DNA of 10,386 nt. Origin: a candidate division WOR-3 bacterium (GTDB lineage: Bacteria; Hydrothermota; Hydrothermia; LBFQ01). The notes below the pieces were generated by a model. That model made no database searches and was not told the DNA's origin. It was given only the letters and a program-made list of their open reading frames with translations. The stretch's first letter is position 1, and each line of letters starts with the position of its first letter. A program made the translations under genes and the position numbers. Location of the stretch: the NCBI GenBank assembly GCA_027050205.1, contig JALUCS010000089.1, forward strand, positions 1 through 10,386. The letters run 5' to 3'. Positions 1 to 6,943 of this stretch are shown piece by piece.

Positions 1-801
1 CGATTTTTGAATGTGTGTTCTATCGGCGGATTCCAAACCCTTAGAGGAGGGCCGCTTCCCCCGTTAGGTCTTCAACGCCGTATCCGATATTGAAATGCGC
101 TGCAAGGTCGGGCGTTGTAATATTGGGTCATCATGTAAAAATGATGCAATTTTTTAGGTTTTTGAGTTAATACATCAAAATTTCGCCACAAAATTGATGT
201 CTGTGGTAGTTTATTACCTTGAAGGTGCAACGCCAAAATTCACACCGAGGATGACAAGGTGTTTGTCGGATACGCATCTTCCGAACCCTTCACCATTCCG
301 GGACGATAAGGTACGGGCAGCAGTTTATATTCTACAAGCGGGATGTAGGTAATTTTGTAGTTTCACAAAGGCAAAATCAAAATTCTTCCCAAAATATGAC
401 GTTTACAGTCGTATACAGCCTTAATACCCTTTCCGATACCCCGCCCCGAAGTCCCAAGATCTTGAGATGTCTCGGTTCTCCGTATTGCAGATGCTATTGA
501 CGATTTAAAGGTAGCCGCATCAGTACTGCTTTGTGGATCCTTCTGGACTCCGTTCAAAACCCGTAATGGAGATTGCGAAAATCTTAAAGTTAGGCTTTCA
601 GGTCTATGAAGTACGGTTTTCGGTTTTTGGAGGCAGCCTTTACGTTGATGGAGCCGACAGGTAATAGATGGGGTGCTGGGCGACGGCGTAATTGGGAGCG
701 CAAGACCAAAGCCGTTGGAGTCCGACCTATCGCACCCTCCATCATTCAATTGTGGGTAGCCGGGATGTACTTTCCCCCTCCACCTGCACGCAGTTCCCCT
801 T

Positions 802-807
802 TAAAAT
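802..807 (+). promoter_or_regulatory. Putative sigma70 -10 element (TAAAAT) for the tRNA-Gly/rpmB/tamB unit
   Basis: TAAAAT lies 11 nt upstream of the tRNA 5' end. Its context TAAAATACCCCCCT closely matches TATAATACCCACCT upstream of tRNA-Lys. No clear -35 seen. Confidence 0.65.
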
Positions 808-818
808 ACCCCCCTCAA

Positions 819-892
819 GCGGCCGTAGCTCAACTTGGTAGAGCACCAGCCTTCCAAGCTGGGGGTTGCGGGTTCGAGTCCCGTCGGCCGCT
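819..892 (+). tRNA. tRNA-Gly (anticodon TCC), CCA not encoded
   Basis: Acceptor stem GCGGCCG/CGGCCGC, D arm GCTC..GAGC, anticodon arm CCAGC-CTTCCAA-GCTGG, T arm GCGGG-TTCGAGT-CCCGT, discriminator T892, followed by CTA instead of CCA. Confidence 0.97.
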
Positions 893-894
893 CT

Positions 895-1077
895 ATGGCT
901 AGGGTCTGTGAGATCTGCGGGAAGGGTCCCATGACGGGACACCGTATAAGCCACTCACACCGTCTGACGAAGAGGAGGTTCTACCCCAACCTCCGTAAGG
1001 CCAAAGTGCGTATCAACGGCACCGTCAAGGTCGCCCGCGTCTGCACCAAGTGCTATAGGAAGTACAGGGTGCTATAA
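895..1077 (+). CDS. rpmB: 50S ribosomal protein L28 (zinc-binding C+ type), 60 aa
   Basis: [33 protein letters not shown]...VCTKC is a typical L28 with two CxxC motifs. The ATG at 895 is the likely start, because the ORF-track start at 835 lies inside the tRNA. Confidence 0.96.
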   Translation: MARVCEICGKGPMTGHRISHSHRLTKRRFYPNLRKAKVRINGTVKVARVCTKCYRKYRVL

Positions 1078-4000
1078 AGTACCTCCGCCTAAGGTTCCGA
1101 TTACTCCGTCTCTACCTTCATAAGAGGCGTTGGTGGCTGTTAGGATACTTACTGTTCTTCCTGCTGTCGGTTTTTGTCGTTCTCAACTATCAGGCCATCC
1201 TGCGGAGGGTTTTGAGCCGCGCCCTCGGCGTTCCCGTCGGTTTTGAGGTAGAGAGCCTTAGCCTCAACCACGTCGCCTTGAGGAACCTTCGCATGGGGAG
1301 GTCGGTAAGGGTTTCCCGTCTCCTCATTCTCTTCTATCCCGACGCCCTCCTCCTCCGTAGGGAACTGGAGTACGTCAGGGCCGTAGGGGTCAGGGTGAGC
1401 GTCCCGGATATGGCCAGGGAGTTCTCACAGGGGAAGGAGGAATCCGGGAAGGGGAAGGGAGGTAAAGGGGGTGGGGCATCCCCCTTCGCCGTTAAAGAGG
1501 TGGCCATCTACGATTTGGGGGTCGTCCCCACCGACTCCGTCGAGGTGAGGGTCAAGAGCAGCCGTTTCTCCTACCAGGCCGACGGTGGGAGGGTGAAGGT
1601 CTCAAACCTGCGGCTGCGGGGCCTTACGGTCAGCACCCTACCCCCCTTCAGGGTGGATAGCGCCTTCGGGGATATGGTCACGAGGCGGGGGACCCTGTAC
1701 GTACGGCTCTCCGCCGTCGGTAAGTACGACACCTTGGCCATAGATTTGAGGGACGGGCGTATGGCCTCCTACTCCGTCGGGGATACGGCGAGTACCCGGT
1801 ACGACTTCCGGGAGCTTAGCGTGATGGGTGGAGGTATCGCCCTCTCGGTCAAGAGGGGGAAAGCCCTCTGGAAGGTTTCCCCGACTACGAACCGGGTAGG
1901 CTTCTCGGTTGGGGAGGTCGTCTGGGCCGACACCCTCAAGGTTGAGGAGATTGAGGGGAACCTCGTCCTGGACAGCCTCCCAGACTGGAGGTTGGAGGGC
2001 GTTAGGGGACGGGCGTACGGTGGTAGGTTCAAGTTGGATTTGAGTTCGGACAGCTCCAAGGTCTTCAGGGTGGGGTTGGACGTCAGGGGTGTCCGGTGGG
2101 GCGGCCTACTGACGGTCAGCGGCGGTGTCCTCTTCTCTTTAGATTTGCGGGATTCCTCTCTCGTAGGCGGGGGACGCCTGGACTACCTAAGGTTGAACAA
2201 CCCGGCGACGGAGTTAGGCGGTATGGACTTTAGCTTTGAGAGTAGGGGCCTCAAGAGGTACGACTTCAACCTTCTGGGGGACTTCGTGTCCGCCTACGGT
2301 TATTACGACCTCTCAAATGACGAGGGGAGCCTCACCTTCAACTTGGACCGCCCACTTAGGGGGATCTCCTACGGGGACTTCCGCCTATACACCTTCTCGG
2401 CGGCGGGTAAGGCCGTCAAGAGGGGGAGTCTCCTCAAGGTGAGCCTATCCGATGCCAAGTTGTGGTACGCCGTCTACGACACCCTAAGGTTGGACAGCCT
2501 CTTCGCGCGAAATCTGAACTTAGAGTTGGACCTGAACCGGCCGCAGAAGGTCAAGAGCAGCGGGGAGGTCACCCTCTTCTACTCCCAGAGGGATTCGGCC
2601 GTGGCGAGTGTAAGGTACGCCTACTCACCTTCTTCCTTCGCCTTGGAGGGGGACGTCCGTACGGCCACCTACGGTTCCCTCCGGCTTTCGGCCGCGGGGA
2701 GGGTACCGGACAGCATCCTCCTATCCTCCGTATCCTACGATAACCGGAGCCTCCACGTGCGGCTTAGGGACATCCTCTTCCGCTACGGGGATACCCTCCT
2801 CCTAACGGTACCCGAAAATACCCTCCTCGGTGGCAAGGTCAGGGGAACGGTGGGTCTGGTAGCCGACTCCTCCGGGTACTCCTTCCTTGAAGGCTCACAG
2901 GTGACCCTCCTCCACGTCAACCCCACCCCCGTATTCGGTACCTTCTTCCCCGACTTAGACCTCCTCGTGGAGGACGTCTCCTTGAGGTTGGAGCCTCACG
3001 GGAGCGTCGGGGAGGCCGAAGTGAATGGGGAGCTGAAGGTGAAGGGGGTATCCTACGGGGATATACCGATAGATTCCCTTAGGGCCAACTATCACGTGGG
3101 GGGGGACGTGGTGGGGGTGGATAGCGCCTTCGTCTGGGTAGAGAACTCCGCCGTTGAGGTGGAGGTGGGTAGGTACTACCCTCCTCTAAAGGCTCTGTAC
3201 GTCTTCGCCCGCTCCCGGAACTTCCCCACCGACCGATTCATGCCCTTCCTCCTGCCCGACTCCGGTCGTCTGACCTTTGAGCTTTCCGTCTCCGGACGCA
3301 TAGACTCCCCCAACGTACTCGGTTTCCTGTACTGGACGGCCAAGAGCTTGGACCTCAACGGGAATTTCGTTAGGAGGCCAAGCATATACGCAGTAGGTAT
3401 GGGGAACCGCCTCGTACTTCCCGCCTTCAAAGACACCAACGTGGCCTTTTTGGGTGGTGGAAAGGTGAGGTTTAACGGCTCCATAAGTACCGCCCTGACC
3501 GTAGATAGCCTGAAGGTGAGCCTTGAGAAGGCCGAGGTGCAGGCCGACCCCGACATCACGGCGGTCCTCAACGGCGACTTGAAGATAACCGGAGACCTGA
3601 AAAGGGAAATTATGGTGGCCGGGGAGGTGGTGGCGGACGAGGTGGAGATCTTCAAACCCCTGACCGAAATGGCGACGGGGGGAGCGACGTCCTCCTCCTC
3701 CAAGCCTGTGGTCCTCTACGACATACACTTCTACGCCCCCCGGAGGATCTTCCTGAACAGCACCCTAACCTCGCAGGCCTTGACCGGCGCCCTTTTGGAG
3801 ATAGACGCCGAGCTTTCGGCGGATATAAACGCCCAGAAGCTGTCCCCCACCCTCTCGTCCCTCTCCGGCACCCTCTCCTTCCTGCGGGGGAACGTCTATA
3901 TTGTGGATAAGGTATTCCACATAGACCGTGGCGAGATCGTCCTCTACGGCACGGAGGGGACCATAAACATCCTATCGTCGGCGACCTTCCCCCGGAGCGT

Positions 4001-4406
4001 TCAGAACGGTCTCACCGACAGCGTCCGGGTTTTCGTTAGCATAGAGGGGGATATGCAGCACCCCAACGTTCGGATATGGAGCCAGCCCTATATGTCCACG
4101 GGGGAGATCTTGGCACTGATAGTCGGCGGAAGCAACGTCCTCGGCTTCCTAAGCAGGGGCCTGAAGTGGGGGCTGAACCTAAGCGAACTATCCATAAAGC
4201 AGACCCCTACGAGCTACCAGCTCCTGTTCGGTACCTACATCACCCGCCGGGTCTATCTCAAATCCACCCTCTCCACCACGGGGGACTTCAACAGCATAAG
4301 GACCCTCTACTTCGTGAATCCCCACCTCTCCATCTACGGGGAGCGGATACAGGAGCCGGAAGGTACGAGGTACGGGGTGGGTATAAACTACCGTATAAGG
4401 TTCTGA
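1074..4406 (+). CDS. tamB: TamB/DUF490 (AsmA-like clan) translocation/assembly protein, about 1110 aa if started at ATA 1074 (ORF track starts at TTG 1212)
   Basis: Long protein rich in alternating beta-strand patterns, with a TamB-like C-terminus ([21 protein letters not shown]...[10 protein letters not shown]...[11 protein letters not shown]). The frame is open upstream of 1212 to a TAG at 1056 and encodes a basic segment plus TM anchor ([23 protein letters not shown]). The start position is uncertain. Confidence 0.8.
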   Translation: MKYLRLRFRLLRLYLHKRRWWLLGYLLFFLLSVFVVLNYQAILRRVLSRALGVPVGFEVESLSLNHVALRNLRMGRSVRVSRLLILFYPDALLLRRELEYVRAVGVRVSVPDMAREFSQGKEESGKGKGGKGGGASPFAVKEVAIYDLGVVPTDSVEVRVKSSRFSYQADGGRVKVSNLRLRGLTVSTLPPFRVDSAFGDMVTRRGTLYVRLSAVGKYDTLAIDLRDGRMASYSVGDTASTRYDFRELSVMGGGIALSVKRGKALWKVSPTTNRVGFSVGEVVWADTLKVEEIEGNLVLDSLPDWRLEGVRGRAYGGRFKLDLSSDSSKVFRVGLDVRGVRWGGLLTVSGGVLFSLDLRDSSLVGGGRLDYLRLNNPATELGGMDFSFESRGLKRYDFNLLGDFVSAYGYYDLSNDEGSLTFNLDRPLRGISYGDFRLYTFSAAGKAVKRGSLLKVSLSDAKLWYAVYDTLRLDSLFARNLNLELDLNRPQKVKSSGEVTLFYSQRDSAVASVRYAYSPSSFALEGDVRTATYGSLRLSAAGRVPDSILLSSVSYDNRSLHVRLRDILFRYGDTLLLTVPENTLLGGKVRGTVGLVADSSGYSFLEGSQVTLLHVNPTPVFGTFFPDLDLLVEDVSLRLEPHGSVGEAEVNGELKVKGVSYGDIPIDSLRANYHVGGDVVGVDSAFVWVENSAVEVEVGRYYPPLKALYVFARSRNFPTDRFMPFLLPDSGRLTFELSVSGRIDSPNVLGFLYWTAKSLDLNGNFVRRPSIYAVGMGNRLVLPAFKDTNVAFLGGGKVRFNGSISTALTVDSLKVSLEKAEVQADPDITAVLNGDLKITGDLKREIMVAGEVVADEVEIFKPLTEMATGGATSSSSKPVVLYDIHFYAPRRIFLNSTLTSQALTGALLEIDAELSADINAQKLSPTLSSLSGTLSFLRGNVYIVDKVFHIDRGEIVLYGTEGTINILSSATFPRSVQNGLTDSVRVFVSIEGDMQHPNVRIWSQPYMSTGEILALIVGGSNVLGFLSRGLKWGLNLSELSIKQTPTSYQLLFGTYITRRVYLKSTLSTTGDFNSIRTLYFVNPHLSIYGERIQEPEGTRYGVGINYRIRF

Positions 4407-4416
4407 CCGTCAGGCT

Positions 4417-4422
4417 TAACAT
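4417..4422 (+). promoter_or_regulatory. Putative -10 element (TAACAT) of a leaderless transcript
   Basis: TANNNT exactly 8 nt (TTCCGGTT) before ATG 4431, with no SD. Confidence 0.55.
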
Positions 4423-4430
4423 TTCCGGTT

Positions 4431-5375
4431 ATGCTTCTGCTCTTAGGCCAGATCCTCGTTTTGAGGGACAGGGGAGCCTTTTACTCCGACACCATAGCAG
4501 CAGTGCTTAAGGGGAAGTTTCAAGGGTACGCCTACGTTATGGAATGGGAGAACGTCCCGCCGGGCAGGAGTCCGGAGGAGTTCTGGAGAACCTTCTGGAA
4601 GAGGGCCGGCCAGCGGTACGAGTTCGTGGTCGTCCTGGGACCGAAGTCCCTGAAGTTCGCCTTAGAAAACATCAAGGATAGACCTGTCTTCTACCTTCAG
4701 AATTACCAGAGGCCGTACCGCACCCCTCCCAACTTCGCCTCTCTCTACGTAGCCGTCTCCTATCCAAAGCAACTTTCCGGAATCGTATGCACCTTCAAGG
4801 AGGCCAAGCTCTTGGGCATCCTGACCCACAGGGAGGAGTGGGATCTGCTCTCCAACGTATTCACCGGGGACTATCCGGGGGCTATGGAGGTGCATATAAG
4901 GGTGGTAAGTACCCCATCCCAGATGGAGGAGGCCATAGCCGACCTTAAGGACGTTGGGGTAAAGGTAGTGTGGGTCCCGTCCGCCTCCCGCCTCAACACC
5001 GGCGACTACATCCGGAACCTATTGAAGGCCTCCCACAGGAAGAAGGTAGGGGTCTTCGTTGATCAGATAAGTAAGGTGCGACAGAAGGGAGGGGCGTTGG
5101 GGGCTTGGGAGCCTACCCCCGGAGAGGTAGGGGAGGCCCTCTCCAACTTCCTCGCCGAGATCAGGGAAGCGTCCGCTCCCTACGTTAAGGTGAGGGAGGA
5201 TACAGTAGGAGGGTCCGTAGTGAAACGGAAGGAGGTAAACTGGAGGGCCTTCCTCAAACCCCACTACGTCCGGGAGATCAAGGGCGGTAGGGCCGCCATA
5301 AACCTGAACCTCGTCAGGGCGTTCAGGCTCAACGCCGTAGCACAGTGTGTGGAGAGGTTTGACGAAAAGTACTGA
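4431..5375 (+). CDS. Putative ABC-transporter-type substrate-binding protein (ABC_sub_bind / periplasmic binding protein type I-like), 314 aa
   Basis: Alternating alpha/beta pattern with family-like segments: FVVVLGPKSL, RPVFY, KLLGIL, VVWVP, GGALGAW, AINLNLVRAFRL. Codon usage matches host genes. Confidence 0.65.
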   Translation: MLLLLGQILVLRDRGAFYSDTIAAVLKGKFQGYAYVMEWENVPPGRSPEEFWRTFWKRAGQRYEFVVVLGPKSLKFALENIKDRPVFYLQNYQRPYRTPPNFASLYVAVSYPKQLSGIVCTFKEAKLLGILTHREEWDLLSNVFTGDYPGAMEVHIRVVSTPSQMEEAIADLKDVGVKVVWVPSASRLNTGDYIRNLLKASHRKKVGVFVDQISKVRQKGGALGAWEPTPGEVGEALSNFLAEIREASAPYVKVREDTVGGSVVKRKEVNWRAFLKPHYVREIKGGRAAINLNLVRAFRLNAVAQCVERFDEKY

Positions 5376-5385
5376 CTTACGGGGA

Positions 5386-5391
5386 TAAAAT
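5386..5391 (+). promoter_or_regulatory. Putative -10 element (TAAAAT) of a leaderless transcript
   Basis: TAAAAT exactly 8 nt (CCACCCTT) before ATG 5400, with no SD at normal spacing. Confidence 0.6.
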
Positions 5392-5399
5392 CCACCCTT

Positions 5400-5855
5400 A
5401 TGCGTGGAATCCTGAAGGCACTCCTTTTAGGTAGTCTCTTAGTCGGATGCGGTGGAGGTACCCTCTCCGACGAGGCCGCCATTAAGAAGGTTAAGGCCAA
5501 CCTAACGGAGGCCCAGAAGGAGATCGTAGCAGGGGGTAAGGGGGTGGCCGTCATAGTGGCCCAGTACGAGGGCAAGAGGGCGAAGGACCCGCAGTTCATG
5601 AGTAAGGTAATAAAGGCAGCCGCCAGCGGAAACGTGGCCTACCTCCCGGAGGTCGCCCGACCGGACACGTCCGGATGGAGGGTTGAGAGGAAGGGGGACA
5701 CCGTCTTCGTGATATACTTCGCCCGCGCCCTGAACGTACCCACGAAGAAGGTCTACGAGGTTTCCTGGAGGTGGAGGATAACCGGAGGGGGCAAGTGGGT
5801 GAAGTTTGAAGGGAAACTGCCCGAAGTTAGGGTCGTAGAGGGTGAGGGAAAGTAA
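5400..5855 (+). CDS. Hypothetical lipoprotein, 151 aa
   Basis: Signal peptide with lipobox MRGILKALLLGSLLVG-C. Host-like codon usage. Confidence 0.8.
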   Translation: MRGILKALLLGSLLVGCGGGTLSDEAAIKKVKANLTEAQKEIVAGGKGVAVIVAQYEGKRAKDPQFMSKVIKAAASGNVAYLPEVARPDTSGWRVERKGDTVFVIYFARALNVPTKKVYEVSWRWRITGGGKWVKFEGKLPEVRVVEGEGK

Positions 5856-6852
5856 GAGGATAGCCATCCCCCTCCTCTCCCTCGGAAGTTTCGGAGGTGT
5901 CAGGAAACTTTTGGAGTTGGCTAACGGTCTGGTGGGGTACGGCTACGACGTTACCCTTCTCTACCCGGAGGGGAGGGGGGAGACCCCTTTTTACATAAAG
6001 CCGGAGGTAAGGAGGGTAGAGGTACCCGGCAGGAACAGGCTCCGCGCCCTCCTCTCATACGTCCCCCTGTTGAGGGAGTACGACGTCGTCCTCCTGAACT
6101 TTTGGCCAACGGCTTACCTCTTCCCCTTCGCCCGCAGGCCCATCTACTTCGTCCAAGACCTTGAGTACAGGTTCCACGCCAACCCCCTCCTCCGCCTTCT
6201 AGCCAAGCTCACCTACTCCTTCCCCATCCCGAAGGTGACCTACAACCCGGCCCTGGCGAGGGCCGTAGGGACCGACCTCGTCATCCCCGCTGGGGTGGAT
6301 AAGTCCCACTTCTACCCCGACCCCGATCCCTACCTTAGGGGAGGCAGCGGGAAGGTGGTTATGTACATGCCCAGAAAGGAACGAAGGAAAGGGGCCGACA
6401 TATTCGCCGAGGCTATTAGGAGACTCAAGGGGTGCTGTGAGTTTGAGGTGTGGTTGGTAGGGGGGCCGGAGGGCCTACTAAGCGACCTCTCCGTACCGGT
6501 CAGGAGGTTCAGGCCCAAGGGGGACGATGAACTCCGTCGCCTGTACTCCACGGCCGACGTCTTCGTCCTGACCTCCCGGAGCGAGGGTCTCGGCTTCCCC
6601 GTTATGGAGGCACTGGCCTGCGGTACCCCAGCGGTAGCGACGGAAGTGGATGGGAGGGAAGTGTGGGACCTACCCGGCATAAAGGTGGTAGCCACAGAGC
6701 CGGAGGCCGTCTCCCTCGGAATTCTGGAGGTCCTAAAGGAGCCGGAGAAGTGGAGATCCAAGGCAAACGAGGGAAGGAAGGGGGTTCCGGACGTCTCGGA
6801 CATGGTGGCCTCTTTCAGAACCATCCTCACGACCCACATTTCCGCTCTATAA
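5842..6852 (+). CDS. Glycosyltransferase family 4 (GT-B fold), 336 aa
   Basis: N-terminal GGVRKLLELANGL...GYDVTL, YFVQDLE, RKGAD, and the ExxxxxxxE motif YSTADVFVLTSRSEGLGFPVMEALACGTP. The GTG start overlaps the lipoprotein gene by 14 nt. Confidence 0.92.
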   Translation: MRESKRIAIPLLSLGSFGGVRKLLELANGLVGYGYDVTLLYPEGRGETPFYIKPEVRRVEVPGRNRLRALLSYVPLLREYDVVLLNFWPTAYLFPFARRPIYFVQDLEYRFHANPLLRLLAKLTYSFPIPKVTYNPALARAVGTDLVIPAGVDKSHFYPDPDPYLRGGSGKVVMYMPRKERRKGADIFAEAIRRLKGCCEFEVWLVGGPEGLLSDLSVPVRRFRPKGDDELRRLYSTADVFVLTSRSEGLGFPVMEALACGTPAVATEVDGREVWDLPGIKVVATEPEAVSLGILEVLKEPEKWRSKANEGRKGVPDVSDMVASFRTILTTHISAL

Positions 6853-6853
6853 T
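6848..6853 (+). promoter_or_regulatory. Consensus -10 element (TATAAT) for tRNA-Lys/ompA-like/ribH, overlapping the GT4 stop codon
   Basis: Perfect TATAAT 14 nt upstream of the tRNA, with the same downstream ACCC.CCT context as the tRNA-Gly promoter. Confidence 0.7.
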
Positions 6854-6867
6854 ACCCACCTACAGAT

Positions 6868-6940
6868 GCCCCGCTAGCTCAGCAGGCAGAGCAGCGGATT
6901 CTTAATCCGCGGGTCGGGGGTTCGAGTCCCTCGCGGGGCA
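6868..6940 (+). tRNA. tRNA-Lys (anticodon CTT), CCA not encoded
   Basis: Acceptor GCCCCGC/GCGGGGC, D arm GCTC..GAGC, anticodon arm GCGGA-TTCTTAA-TCCGC, T arm GGGGG-TTCGAGT-CCCTC, discriminator A6940, followed by CTT. Confidence 0.95.
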
Positions 6941-6943
6941 CTT

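Noticed and set aside
363..749. 128-aa minus-strand ORF
   Set aside because: Ser/Arg/Pro-rich composition, no motif, non-host codon usage and no clear start signal. It cannot be supported without a homology search.
1..800. CRISPR array, IS element or att duplication in the non-coding stretch
   Set aside because: No regularly spaced direct repeats, terminal inverted repeats, transposase motifs or tRNA fragment copies were visible.
835..894. 20-aa N-terminal extension of L28 from TTG 835
   Set aside because: It lies within tRNA-Gly, and L28 proteins begin at MARVC.
606..954. ORFs 606..902 (+) and 742..954 (-)
   Set aside because: They overlap the tRNA and rpmB, have no recognisable motifs, and are typical tRNA shadow ORFs.
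3098..3105. G8 homopolymer in tamB as a phase-variation tract
   Set aside because: The frame is intact, it encodes Val-Gly-Gly-Asp, and G runs are common in this sequence.
3902..3910. Perfect DnaA box TGTGGATAA, plus 7/9 matches near 532 and 751
   Set aside because: The perfect box is a single copy inside tamB coding sequence (V-D-K). The degenerate ones are sparse, with no cluster or dnaA context to support oriC.
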